NCBI GenBank assembly: GCA_017541105.1
Contig: JAFXZS010000003.1
Location: 15,631-79,630, forward strand
DNA length: 64,000 nucleotides
Origin: Clostridia bacterium
Lineage (GTDB): Bacteria > Bacillota > Clostridia > Christensenellales > Aristaeellaceae
Direction: 5' to 3'
Part shown: piece by piece, positions 36,986 to 47,057 of the stretch
How positions within the stretch are numbered: position 1 is the stretch's first letter
How the letters are laid out: every line of letters starts with the position of its first letter
The notes under the pieces: generated by a model
Told to the model about the DNA's origin: nothing
The model's input: only the letters and a program-made list of their open reading frames with translations
Databases searched by the model: none
Position numbers and translations under genes: made by a program

Positions 36986-38758
36986 TCATTTGTATTTATC
37001 CAGCTTTCCCTGAACTTCCTGGGCCTCCATCAACAGGGAGGGGATGGCAGGGTCGGAGGGATCCATGGAGCGGATCCGCTGCTGCAGGGCGTCAAACTGC
37101 TTCTGACAGGCGGCCCGGCGAATACGGCTCAGGCACTGGGTCGCCATCGAAATCAACTGATCAGTACTGTCCGCGGTGGGGGACAGCAGAATACGGGCAT
37201 ACCGGGAACGAGCCTCATCATCCGGGGCGGCATCCATCACAGAAGCGGAGGAAGCCCCGGCTACCAGACTCATATATAATGATTTCAACTCGTCATCCTC
37301 AAAATCCTTTTCTTCGACCATATCTTTCGGAATTTGTCCTGTTGCCAGGAGGCTGAGAAGCGTTTCCTGCGCGGCCAGATCCGGAGCGGCGGCGGGGCCT
37401 GATTTCCGGACGGAAGGCCTGGGAGGCTTCGGCTTTTCTGCAACAGGAGCGGTACTGTGACGGAGGGAATCCAATTGCTCCTGCAGGGTTTCCATGGAAA
37501 AACCGGTTTCCAGCTGGAGGGCTTTCATGTGGGTGGAACGTTCCACGGGATCCACGGAAAGGAGCAACTCCATGGCACTTCTGGCATACTTCATCCTGCC
37601 TTCCGGATCAGAGAGATCCGTGGTATCCTTCAGGCGCCGAAGGCGATAGGCCGTAGGAGAAAGCGCCGGTAGGGAAGCAAACCCGGCGGCCCCGTCCCTC
37701 CGGATGAATTCATCAGGATCCAGACCGTCCGGGAAATCCAGGACACGGGCGGGAATCCCTTCCTCCTGCAGAATATCCAGGCCCCGGAGAATGGCGTGCT
37801 GGCCAGCGGAATCCCCATCATAACCGAGATAAACCTCCGGAGCAAAACGGCGGAGCAGCCGCGCCTGCTCGTTGGTCAGCGCCGTTCCCAGCGTGGCGCA
37901 GACGCCTTTCACCCCGAACTGGGTCAGGCTGACGACATCCATGTAGCCTTCCACCAGGATCACATGATCCAAATGCCGCTCCTGCCGGAGCAGGTTGGCC
38001 GCATAGACACCTTTCCGCTTGTTGAAGACCGGAGTATCAGCGGTGTTCAGATACTTCGGCTGCTGATTCCCCAGGGAACGCCCGCCGAAAGCGAGTACAT
38101 TCTTATACATATCAATGATGGGGAAGACAGCACGGTTCCGGAACATGTCGAAGGAACGAACCGTTCCGCCTTCCTTTTCCGGGGATTTCACCACCGTCAG
38201 CCCGACGGAGGAAAGCTCCTCCAGGGTATACCCCTTTGACAGGAGATGATCCGTCAGGGCAGTCCATTCATCCGGAGCGGCACCAAGCCCGAACCTGCGG
38301 ATCACGGCATCGGAAAGGCCGCGTTTCCGCAGATAATTCAGCGCAGGGGCACCGGCAGGCTGAAAGAGCATTTCATGATAAAACCTTGCCGCGTCCCGGT
38401 TGGCCTGAAGCAACCGTTCCCGCCGGGAACGGCGGCGTTCATAATCCTCATCTTCCACCATCTGCGGCAGGGGAATATGCGCCCGTTCCGCCAGCAGCTC
38501 CACTGCCTCATGATAGCTGCAGCGCTCAATTTCCATGACAAATCCTATGACATTGCCACCGGCTTTGCAGCCGAAACAGTAATAAAGCTGCTGCTCCGCA
38601 TCCACAGAAAAAGAGGCGGTTTTTTCCCCGTGGAAGGGACAAAGGCCCCAGTATTTCCGCCCGGCTTTTTTCAGCGCAACATAACCGGACACCACCTGTA
38701 CGATATCCGACCGGGAGCGCAGTTCATCCAGCCAGGAAGCGGGATAGCGGGATGCCAT
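36986..38758 (-). CDS. dnaG: DNA primase
   Basis: CHC2 zinc finger CPFH...CFGC, FGGR, PKYLN, TOPRIM EGYMD / YDGD / DPD. Confidence 0.96.
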   Translation of the reverse strand: MASRYPASWLDELRSRSDIVQVVSGYVALKKAGRKYWGLCPFHGEKTASFSVDAEQQLYYCFGCKAGGNVIGFVMEIERCSYHEAVELLAERAHIPLPQMVEDEDYERRRSRRERLLQANRDAARFYHEMLFQPAGAPALNYLRKRGLSDAVIRRFGLGAAPDEWTALTDHLLSKGYTLEELSSVGLTVVKSPEKEGGTVRSFDMFRNRAVFPIIDMYKNVLAFGGRSLGNQQPKYLNTADTPVFNKRKGVYAANLLRQERHLDHVILVEGYMDVVSLTQFGVKGVCATLGTALTNEQARLLRRFAPEVYLGYDGDSAGQHAILRGLDILQEEGIPARVLDFPDGLDPDEFIRRDGAAGFASLPALSPTAYRLRRLKDTTDLSDPEGRMKYARSAMELLLSVDPVERSTHMKALQLETGFSMETLQEQLDSLRHSTAPVAEKPKPPRPSVRKSGPAAAPDLAAQETLLSLLATGQIPKDMVEEKDFEDDELKSLYMSLVAGASSASVMDAAPDDEARSRYARILLSPTADSTDQLISMATQCLSRIRRAACQKQFDALQQRIRSMDPSDPAIPSLLMEAQEVQGKLDKYK

Positions 38759-38792
38759 CGGCAGTCCTCCTCTAACCATTCAGATTTCAGGA

Positions 38793-39797
38793 TCAGAAAG
38801 CAGGAAAGGAAGAAGGGGCAAACAGGGCAGTAAACTTCCGGGTGGCATACCGGTCGGTCATACAGGAGAGGAAATCGCAGACACTCCGTTCCGTTCCGTC
38901 CTCATAGCCGATCATGACAAACTCTTCCGGCATTTCCCCGGGATGGGCACAGTAGTACTCGAACAGGTGCCGCAGCACATAGTCGCAGCGGGCCTCTTCC
39001 GGATCCCGCCATTCATTGCGGTACACCCGTTCAAACATGAATTCCCGCAGCCCGTTCATCGCGTTCTCCACGGGCTCGGTCATGGAAAGATGGGGCTGCC
39101 CTTCGCTGCAGGAAACAATATCCCGGATCATGGTGTTGATCCGTTCCCTGTGCGTTGCGCCGAGAACCTTCAGGCAGTCCGGCGGAATCGCGTCCGCCCG
39201 GAGGATTCCGCTGCGAAGCGCGTCGTCCAGGTCGTGATTCAGATAGGCTATCCTGTCTGCCCGGCGAACGCATTCCGCCTCGGGCGTACCGGGCTGCCGG
39301 GGCCCGGAATGGGTCAGGATTCCATCCCGTACCTCACGGGTCAGGTTCAGCCCTGAACCGTCATGCTCCAGCTTTTCCACCACCCGCAGGCTTTGCTCGT
39401 TATGGCGGAAGCCTTCCGGAAGGAGCGTGTCCAGAGTGCGCTCTCCGATATGCCCATAGGGCGTGTGACCCAGATCATGCCCGAGGGCGATCGCTTCCGT
39501 CAGGTCTTCATTCAGCCGAAGCGCGCGCGCCAGCGTTCTTGCCACCTGGGCAACTTCCAGGGTGTGAGTCAGACGCGTCCGGTAATGATCCCCTTCCGGT
39601 GAGAGGAAAACCTGTGTTTTAAACTTCAGCCGGCGGAAAGATTTGCTGTGAATAATCCTGTCCCGGTCCCGCTGAAAATCGGTTCTCAGATCACAGGGAA
39701 CCTCCTCCCTGTCCCGCCCCGCGGATTCCGCGGAATGAGAAGCATAGGGAGCCAAAAGAAGATATTCCTGCTGTTCCAGACGCTGCCGGATTGTCAT
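38793..39797 (-). CDS. dgt: deoxyguanosinetriphosphate triphosphohydrolase-like HD protein
   Basis: FQRDRDRIIHS, KTQV, RTRLTHTLEV, GHDLGHTPYGH, HNEQS, ADRIAY, MTDRYA. Confidence 0.92.
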   Translation of the reverse strand: MTIRQRLEQQEYLLLAPYASHSAESAGRDREEVPCDLRTDFQRDRDRIIHSKSFRRLKFKTQVFLSPEGDHYRTRLTHTLEVAQVARTLARALRLNEDLTEAIALGHDLGHTPYGHIGERTLDTLLPEGFRHNEQSLRVVEKLEHDGSGLNLTREVRDGILTHSGPRQPGTPEAECVRRADRIAYLNHDLDDALRSGILRADAIPPDCLKVLGATHRERINTMIRDIVSCSEGQPHLSMTEPVENAMNGLREFMFERVYRNEWRDPEEARCDYVLRHLFEYYCAHPGEMPEEFVMIGYEDGTERSVCDFLSCMTDRYATRKFTALFAPSSFPAF

Positions 39798-39922
39798 GCC
39801 GAAGCCTCCTTCCCCGGGCCGCGGGTGCCTCCGGGAACCCCTGCACTGTCCGGAAAAGGACTTCCGGATCCCGCGCCTATAATATACAACAAGCGCCGCC
39901 GGAAATCCTGCCGCGGGGATTC

Positions 39923-39950
39923 TTGACAACCCGGGGGATTCCGATAAAAT
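39923..39950 (+). promoter_or_regulatory. sigma-A promoter of M16C peptidase
   Basis: TTGACA, 16 nt, TAAAAT. Confidence 0.6.
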
Positions 39951-39982
39951 AGGAAAGAATAAAAAAGCAGGAGCAATTATCG

Positions 39983-42865
39983 ATGAAATACATCCCCAAT
40001 CAGGTGGTTCATGGCTTTCGTGTTCTCAGGGCGGAGAACGTTCCGGAACTGGAAGGGAATGCTGTGCGCATGGAACACGCAGGTACCGGCGCACAGCTTT
40101 TCTGGCTGGACAACGGGGAGGAAAACAAGGTTTTTTCCATTGCCTTTCGGACACCGCCGGAAGATTCCACCGGCGTATTCCATATTCTTGAGCACAGTGT
40201 ATTGTGCGGCAGCCGGAAATACCCGGTCAAGGAACCTTTTGTTGAGCTGCTGAAAAGCAGCATGAGCACCTTTCTCAACGCCATGACTTTTCCGGACATG
40301 ACGCTGTATCCGGTTTCCAGCCGAAATCCCCGGGACCTGATGAACCTGACGGAGGTGTATCTGGACGCTGTTTTCGCACCGGAAGCCATGAAGGACCGGA
40401 AACGTTTCTGCCAGGAGGGCTGGCATATTGACCGGGATGAAAACGGGAATCCGGAATACCGGGGCGTTGTGTACAACGAAATGAAAGGCGCCATGAGCGA
40501 AACGGACACGCTGATTGACCGGGAACTGATACGGATGCTTTTTCCGGACACCTTCTGCGGGTTCAACAGTGGCGGAGATCCGGAGGAGATTCCCCGGCTG
40601 ACCTATGAACGGTATCAGGAACAATACCGCCGCTGCTACCACCCGTCCAACGCACTGATCTACCTGGACGGCGATATCCCCATGGAGGAAATGCTGACGC
40701 TGCTGGACACTGTTTTCCGCGGTTTCGGGAGGCGGGAAACCAATCCGTCTTTTGCCATGCAGACGCCGAAGGCCTGTGAAAGGACCATCCGGTATGAGCT
40801 CGGGCAGGAAGAAGATCCTGAAAACAAAGGCTACCTGACACTTGCCCGGATCACTGGCACCTGGCGGGACCGGACGGAAAACATGGCCAGGGGCATTGTG
40901 TGCGATGTGCTGACCGGCACGAACGAAGCACCGCTGAAGCGGGCAGCCCTGGAGCGGGAGCTCGCACAGGACCTGAACCTGTCTGTGGATGATACGGGAC
41001 TGCAGAGCTGGATTGCTGCACACGCGGAGCATGTGACTGACGGCAGAGAAAAAGAAATCCTGCAGCTGCTTACGGAGACAGGCAGGAAGATTCTGCAGGA
41101 CGGGCTGGACCGGAACGCGCTGGAAGCTTCCCTGAACCGGGCAATCTACCATCTGAGAGAAGAGGAAGAACCGCGCGGCATCGGACGGTGCATCCGGTGC
41201 ATGGGCAGCTGGCTGTACGGCGGAGAACCGGAGTCGGCGCTGGTCTCTGAAGGAATGATCGCCCAGCTGCGGGAATACCTGGAGGACGGGACATTCAACC
41301 GGCTGGCGGCGGATATGCTCCTGAACCGGGACGGAGCCGTGCTGCTGCATACGCTGCCGTCCAAGACCCTGGGTGAAGAAAAAAGACAGGCGGAGACCCG
41401 GGAAATCCTGCGGACACTGGAACGCATGACAGAGGAAGAGCGGGCCGGGACGGAAAAACTAATGGATGAGATCGGCCGGTGGCAGAATACTCCGGACCGG
41501 GAAGAGGACCTCGCAACGCTGCCCATGCTTCGGCGGGAGGATGCGGATCTTTCCCCCGAATGGATCAAAACGGAATCGGAAACACTGTCCGGCGTGCGGG
41601 TCATGATCCACCGGATTCCCTGCAACGGCGTAGTGCATTTCCGCGCTTATTTTACACTGACGGACCTGCCAGCGGAGGAGCTGACACAGACCGCGCTGCT
41701 GGCCGGGATGCTCGGCCACCTGCCGACCCGGCAGCATGACGCGCTGACGCTGCAGCAGGAAGTCAAGCGGTATACCGGCAGCTTCGGATTCGCGGTGACC
41801 GTCCGGTCAAGAGCCGGGGAGGACCGCGTATGCACTCCCTGCCTGACCGCTTTTGCAAGCGCCCTGGAGGAAAACGCGGAGAAGACGCAGGAACTGATCG
41901 CGGAAGTACTGGGCAGCACGCTCCTGGAAGGTCAGGAAGACCGGATTCGCGAACTCATGATGCAGAACGAGATCGGTGCGCGGCAGCGCATCATCAGCGC
42001 GGGGCATCTGATTGCGGTGAGGAACTGCCTGAGCCATTACAGCGCGGAGGGGATCGTGAAGAACGCGCTGGACGGGGACCGGGCTGTCCGTTACATCCAT
42101 TCCTTTGCCCTGCATCCGGAACAGGAGATGCCGGGATTCCTGGAGACTGCACGGAAGGTGCTGGACGAAAGTGTCTGCCGTGCCCGGATGACGGTCAGCG
42201 TCACTGCCGGGAAGCAGATGGTACCGGAGACTCTGGCCGGTGCTTTCCCGGAGGGGACTCCTGTTCCCGAGGCGGCGGAATACCATGAGGAAACCCCGGG
42301 AAGAGTCGGATACAGGATTCCGGCACAGACCGGCTTTGCCGCGCGCGGGTATCGCCTGAGCCGGTGCGGCCAGGCATTTTCCGGCTGCATGTGGCTGGCC
42401 GGCAGCATTCTGACCCTGGATTACCTGTGGAACCGCGTCCGGGTACAGGGAGGCGCCTATGGAGCCGGATTTCAGACGGACCGGGCAGGGAACCTGTTTT
42501 CCTATTCCTTCCGGGATCCGTCACCGGGGAAAACGCTCTCAGCGGACCGGAAGGCTTCCGCTTTCCTGCGCGCGTTTGTCCGAAGCGGGGAAAACCTGGA
42601 TAAATATGTGATTTCCTCCCTGAATGAGCTGAACCCGCTGCTGTCGCCCAGGGACAAAGGCGCACTGGCGGACGCGAGAATGCTGACCGGTTATACCCGG
42701 GAAGAAAGCGAAAGAATCCGCCTGGAAATCCTTCATGCGACACCGGAGGATCTTCTGGCCTGCGGGGATTGGCTGGACCGGTTCGCCGAAGAGGGGAGCG
42801 TTTGCGTGGTGGCGCACGCGGACGCGCTGAAAACATGTGACGGACTGTTCGTCAGCGATCTGTGA
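39983..42865 (+). CDS. insulinase-family M16C Zn metallopeptidase (presequence protease-like)
   Basis: Inverted zinc motif HILEH, FLNAMTFPD, GVVYNEMKG, YHPSN, RVQGGAYG, SFRDP. Confidence 0.93.
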   Translation: MKYIPNQVVHGFRVLRAENVPELEGNAVRMEHAGTGAQLFWLDNGEENKVFSIAFRTPPEDSTGVFHILEHSVLCGSRKYPVKEPFVELLKSSMSTFLNAMTFPDMTLYPVSSRNPRDLMNLTEVYLDAVFAPEAMKDRKRFCQEGWHIDRDENGNPEYRGVVYNEMKGAMSETDTLIDRELIRMLFPDTFCGFNSGGDPEEIPRLTYERYQEQYRRCYHPSNALIYLDGDIPMEEMLTLLDTVFRGFGRRETNPSFAMQTPKACERTIRYELGQEEDPENKGYLTLARITGTWRDRTENMARGIVCDVLTGTNEAPLKRAALERELAQDLNLSVDDTGLQSWIAAHAEHVTDGREKEILQLLTETGRKILQDGLDRNALEASLNRAIYHLREEEEPRGIGRCIRCMGSWLYGGEPESALVSEGMIAQLREYLEDGTFNRLAADMLLNRDGAVLLHTLPSKTLGEEKRQAETREILRTLERMTEEERAGTEKLMDEIGRWQNTPDREEDLATLPMLRREDADLSPEWIKTESETLSGVRVMIHRIPCNGVVHFRAYFTLTDLPAEELTQTALLAGMLGHLPTRQHDALTLQQEVKRYTGSFGFAVTVRSRAGEDRVCTPCLTAFASALEENAEKTQELIAEVLGSTLLEGQEDRIRELMMQNEIGARQRIISAGHLIAVRNCLSHYSAEGIVKNALDGDRAVRYIHSFALHPEQEMPGFLETARKVLDESVCRARMTVSVTAGKQMVPETLAGAFPEGTPVPEAAEYHEETPGRVGYRIPAQTGFAARGYRLSRCGQAFSGCMWLAGSILTLDYLWNRVRVQGGAYGAGFQTDRAGNLFSYSFRDPSPGKTLSADRKASAFLRAFVRSGENLDKYVISSLNELNPLLSPRDKGALADARMLTGYTREESERIRLEILHATPEDLLACGDWLDRFAEEGSVCVVAHADALKTCDGLFVSDL

Positions 42866-42891
42866 ATCCTATGTGCGGAGGAGGGAAAACG

Positions 42892-43869
42892 ATGAAGAGA
42901 ACGACCGGAATCCTGCTGGTGCTGCTTCTTTGCCTGGTGCTGGGAAGCTGCGGGCAGCAGACGGACGGGGAAAACAAACCCGCATCTGTGGTGGTGGGCT
43001 TTTCGCAGCTGGGAGCGGAGAGCTCGTGGCGGATCGCCAATACCGCCAGCATGGAACAGGCCGCGAAGGAAGCAGGCTTCGGCCTGATGATGGAGAATGC
43101 CAACCAGAAGCAGGAAAAGCAGATCGACGCCATCCGGTCCTTTATTGCTTACCAGGTGGATGTGATTGTGTTTTCCCCGATTGTTGAGAACGGATGGGAC
43201 AATGTGCTGACTGAAGCCAAACGGGCAGGAATCCCCGTGATCCTGATGGACCGGATGATTGAAACATCCGATGACAGCCTTTATACCTCCTATGTCGGCG
43301 CAGACTTTTATGCAGAGGGCAGGAAGGCGGGGGAGTATCTGATCCGCAAAGCAGACGCCATGAATGCGGAGCATCTGAATATTGCTGAAATATGCGGGAC
43401 CAAAGACTCCACTCCCATGCGGGACCGGCAGAAAGGCTTTATGGATGCAATCAACGGGGATTCACGGTTCACAGTCGTCGCCAGCGTGGACGGAGATTTT
43501 CTGCGTTCAAAAGGAGAAGAATGCACGATTCAGCTGCTTGACCAATTCGGAAAGAACGGAATTGACGTCATCTATTCCCACAATGATTCCATGACTTTGG
43601 GTGCCCTGAACATCCTGGAACAAAAAGGCGTTCTTCCGGGGCAGGAGATTCTGCTGATCACCGTGGACGGCGAAAAGGAAGCAGTGGAAGCCCTGAAGGC
43701 CGGGAAAATCAACTGTGTGGTTCAGTGCACACCAAAGCTGGGGCCGGCCGTCATGTCTCTGGTAAAAAGCCTGACAGACGGGGAACATATTTCGAAGGTT
43801 ACGCATCCGGAAGAAGGAATGTTCACCGATTTTGACGTGCTGACAGACCCATCCGTGGAGGGCTTCTGA
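42892..43869 (+). CDS. sugar-binding lipoprotein (RbsB/YtfQ-like), probable sensory partner of the kinase
   Basis: Lipobox LGSC; VGFSQLGAESSWRIANT, AGIPVILMDR, HNDSM; 2 nt upstream of the kinase gene. Confidence 0.9.
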   Translation: MKRTTGILLVLLLCLVLGSCGQQTDGENKPASVVVGFSQLGAESSWRIANTASMEQAAKEAGFGLMMENANQKQEKQIDAIRSFIAYQVDVIVFSPIVENGWDNVLTEAKRAGIPVILMDRMIETSDDSLYTSYVGADFYAEGRKAGEYLIRKADAMNAEHLNIAEICGTKDSTPMRDRQKGFMDAINGDSRFTVVASVDGDFLRSKGEECTIQLLDQFGKNGIDVIYSHNDSMTLGALNILEQKGVLPGQEILLITVDGEKEAVEALKAGKINCVVQCTPKLGPAVMSLVKSLTDGEHISKVTHPEEGMFTDFDVLTDPSVEGF

Positions 43870-43871
43870 CC

Positions 43872-45350
43872 ATGCGGCGGGAAAAGAGGACAGGAATATC
43901 TTCAGAAGTCAGGCGCTCTGTTTCAACGATTGCTGTTCTGCTGGCATTGCCGGTTGTCATCGGCCTGATTGTCATGATCCTGTACTCGTCCAGATATCAG
44001 GCGATGATCCGGCGGATGGACGCAGCAGCCGAGCTGAAACCGATGCTGGAGACCACCCTGGCGGAGGACCTTTTTTCGGTCGTTGCGGGGCGGACAACTT
44101 TTGACGAAAGCGGAGTTATGAGAACCATCCGGCAGATTGACAGCACACTGGACCAGCTGACCGGACAGACGGAAGGCAACGGACACCTGCAGCTGACGGT
44201 GGCCCGCAGAACCATGGACACCATGGAACAGTATGTGCTGCAGGTCCGGGACGGTATGGAAGCGCGGAACCCCGTGGAAGAAATGGAAAAGACCGTGGAT
44301 GAAGTCCGGAACGTCGGGCGCCTGGTCGCGGATATGCTGGACACATTTATTACGGAAGAAATATCGAATGCCACAGCAACCAGCAGGACCCTGCATCAGT
44401 GGATGTGGGCAGCAGCAGGCGGGGAGGTTCTCCTTCTGGCTGCCGCACTGCTGTACAGCCGGATAAAAACAGACCAGATGACAAACTCGATCGGAAGCGC
44501 TCTCGGTTCCATGGAGGATACGGTCCGACGGATTGCGGAAGGCCGGTTCGGCGACCGCGTATCCGGGGTGTATGTCGAGGAACTGCAGGAACTCGGGGAC
44601 CAGATCAATGAGATGGCGAACCAGCTTGAAACACTGATGCAGGAGACCCGGCAGAAATCGGACCATCTGGCGAAGGCTGAACTGCGGACCATGCAGGCAC
44701 AGATTAACCCGCATTTTCTTTACAATACCCTCGACACAATCGTATGGCAGGCTGAATCCGGCAAAGCGGACGAAGTGGTACGGCTGACCCGCAGCCTGAG
44801 CGACTTTTTCCGGATTTCCCTTTCTTCCGGCGCGGACTGGATCCCCGTCCCTCAGGAGCTGAAACATGTGTCTGCCTACCTGAGTATCCAGAAGACCCGG
44901 TACAGGGATATCCTGGATTACGAAGTAGATGACTGCGAAGAACTGAAGAACGTATATATGCCAAAGCTGCTTTTGCAGCCCCTGGTGGAGAATGCCCTGT
45001 ATCACGGGATCAAGACCAAACGAGGCGGCGGACGGATCGAAGTGCATGTCCGGATCGGCAGGGGAGTTATCACCTTCCAGGTAAAGGATAACGGGAAGGG
45101 AATGACGAAAGAAGAACTGGCAGGTGCGCAGGCCCTCCTCCAGGAAGACAACCCGACGGTTCAGAAAGCGATGGAACCGGGACATTCCGGATTCGGACTC
45201 CGAAATGTTGACATGCGGATCCGGCTGTTCTATCAGAAGCAGAAGGGATTGAACATCCGTTCAGATGACAGCGGAACAGAGGTCTACTTTACCATTCCGA
45301 GTTGGACGAGAGAGGAAATCGATCATGATGAAAGTATTTCTCGTGGATGA
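43872..45350 (+). CDS. YesM/LytS-type sensor histidine kinase
   Basis: Two TM helices, HAMP, QAQINPHFLYNTL, LQPLVENA, DNGKG, GFGLRNV. Confidence 0.93.
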   Translation: MRREKRTGISSEVRRSVSTIAVLLALPVVIGLIVMILYSSRYQAMIRRMDAAAELKPMLETTLAEDLFSVVAGRTTFDESGVMRTIRQIDSTLDQLTGQTEGNGHLQLTVARRTMDTMEQYVLQVRDGMEARNPVEEMEKTVDEVRNVGRLVADMLDTFITEEISNATATSRTLHQWMWAAAGGEVLLLAAALLYSRIKTDQMTNSIGSALGSMEDTVRRIAEGRFGDRVSGVYVEELQELGDQINEMANQLETLMQETRQKSDHLAKAELRTMQAQINPHFLYNTLDTIVWQAESGKADEVVRLTRSLSDFFRISLSSGADWIPVPQELKHVSAYLSIQKTRYRDILDYEVDDCEELKNVYMPKLLLQPLVENALYHGIKTKRGGGRIEVHVRIGRGVITFQVKDNGKGMTKEELAGAQALLQEDNPTVQKAMEPGHSGFGLRNVDMRIRLFYQKQKGLNIRSDDSGTEVYFTIPSWTREEIDHDESISRG

Positions 45351-46959
45351 TGAAATCGCCATCCGTGAAAACCTGCGGAATTCTTTTCCGTGGGAAGAAA
45401 AAGGATACCAGCTGGTGGGAGAGGCGCCGGACGGAGAGATGGCACTTCCGATGCTCCGGGACCTGAATGCGGATATTCTGCTGACAGACATACGCATGCC
45501 TTTTATGGACGGGATTCGGCTGTGCGAAGAAGTCCAGCGGACAATGCCATGGGTGGAACGGATCATCCTGTCCGGCTATGATGATTTTTCCTATGCCCAG
45601 AAAGCCATTTCCCTCGGCGTTCGGGAATACCTGCTGAAACCGGTCACTTCGGCGGAGCTGGAAGCCGCACTGGACCGGGTAAGCCGGCAGATCGAGGAAA
45701 AACGCAGGGAACGGGAGAACCTGACGGCCATGCGAGAAAAACTGTACTCCGGCAATCAGTTTCTGCGGGACAAGCTGCTGGCATCCCTGTTTACGGACGA
45801 AGGGGATCCGGAAGACGACGATGCACTCCTCAGCCAGATGCGCGGCCTGGGCATCAACCTCTCCGCAAGCTGCTATACGGTCATTGATATCGCTTTCGAT
45901 GCGGAAGGCGAGGAGCGGATGGCCTGCCGGAATGCATTGTTCAACATGGCAGAGATGAGCGGGGGCGGCGTGTTTGTCTGCAGCGCGCCGAAGGGGGCAA
46001 GAGCACTGGTGCTGGGAGACCGGCCGGATGATGCCGAAGAGCGCGCCTATTCCTTTGCCAATTCGCTGATTCATCTTCCTGAACTGCAGCAGGCAGGCCA
46101 TCTGCTGATCTCCGTCGGAGAAACCGTGGATGATTTCCATGCGATCCGCCAGTCCATGAAGTCAGCCAGGCATGCCCGGCATCTTCAGAACGCCGAACGT
46201 CCGGTGGACCATATCATTATCGGGATCAATGAACAGAAGGGACTGGACAATCCGCTCTCGGAAACCGAACTGAGCCCGTTGTATGAAAGGCTGCAATACG
46301 CGCCAATCGGGACAGTGGAAAGCATTCTGACGGAATACTCCGAAAGCATGGACCCCGCACTGGCCATGGGATACCTGCGTGTGGCAGCGTTGCTGGCAGC
46401 CCGGCGGATTATCCAGGAAGCCGGCGGAAATCCCAAGGAGGAACTGCCTGAACAGCTGGTTGCCGAAGCACTGCATACGGAAGGGGAGGACGGGCTGCTC
46501 CGCCTGGCGGAGCTCCTCAGGACCGCTATGGGATACCGGGACAGAAACCGGGCGGGTTACGGGGATTCAGCCATCAGCCACGCACGCGCATACCTTTCAC
46601 AGCATTTTTCCGATCCGAATCTGATGCTGCAGAATGCGGCGGATGAGGTCCACCTCTCCCAAAGCCACTTTTCCACAGTGTTTGCCCAGGAGACAGGACT
46701 GACCTTTACCCAGTATCTGACGGCATTAAGAATCGGCAAAGCCAAAGAACTTCTGGAAGCCACGGAGATGCGTTCTTCCCAGATTTCCCAGGAGATCGGG
46801 TACAATGATTCCCATTACTTCAGCTATCTGTTCAAAAAGAACACGGGTATGACGCCGGGAGAATACAGAAAAAAAGTACGGAACGAAAAAAGTGAACAAT
46901 CCGGAAAAGAAAATGCACTAAAAAATGTACGTATTTTTGTCACAAACGGAAAAAAATGA
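45325..46959 (+). CDS. YesN-type response regulator (REC + AraC HTH)
   Basis: VDDE, TDIRMPFMDG, YLLKP; C-terminal AraC IGYNDSHYFSYLFKKNTGMTPGEYR. Confidence 0.93.
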   Translation: MMKVFLVDDEIAIRENLRNSFPWEEKGYQLVGEAPDGEMALPMLRDLNADILLTDIRMPFMDGIRLCEEVQRTMPWVERIILSGYDDFSYAQKAISLGVREYLLKPVTSAELEAALDRVSRQIEEKRRERENLTAMREKLYSGNQFLRDKLLASLFTDEGDPEDDDALLSQMRGLGINLSASCYTVIDIAFDAEGEERMACRNALFNMAEMSGGGVFVCSAPKGARALVLGDRPDDAEERAYSFANSLIHLPELQQAGHLLISVGETVDDFHAIRQSMKSARHARHLQNAERPVDHIIIGINEQKGLDNPLSETELSPLYERLQYAPIGTVESILTEYSESMDPALAMGYLRVAALLAARRIIQEAGGNPKEELPEQLVAEALHTEGEDGLLRLAELLRTAMGYRDRNRAGYGDSAISHARAYLSQHFSDPNLMLQNAADEVHLSQSHFSTVFAQETGLTFTQYLTALRIGKAKELLEATEMRSSQISQEIGYNDSHYFSYLFKKNTGMTPGEYRKKVRNEKSEQSGKENALKNVRIFVTNGKK

Positions 46960-47057
46960 ACCAAAACAAAAAACGTCTGTATTTAATGTACAGCGTTTTT
47001 TTTTTATAATATGGGCAAATGGCAGGAATGCCAAAAAGAAAATGGAGGAGAAAACCC

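Noticed and set aside
38793-39797. dGTPase as a possible anti-phage nucleotide-depletion gene
   Set aside because: Short housekeeping-type enzyme in the conserved dgt-dnaG-rpoD context with no defence neighbours.
39983-43869. M16C peptidase only 26 nt upstream of the sensory SBP, hinting at a joint system
   Set aside because: No mechanistic link between a cytoplasmic peptidase and sugar sensing; shared transcription or insertion of the sugar locus explains it.
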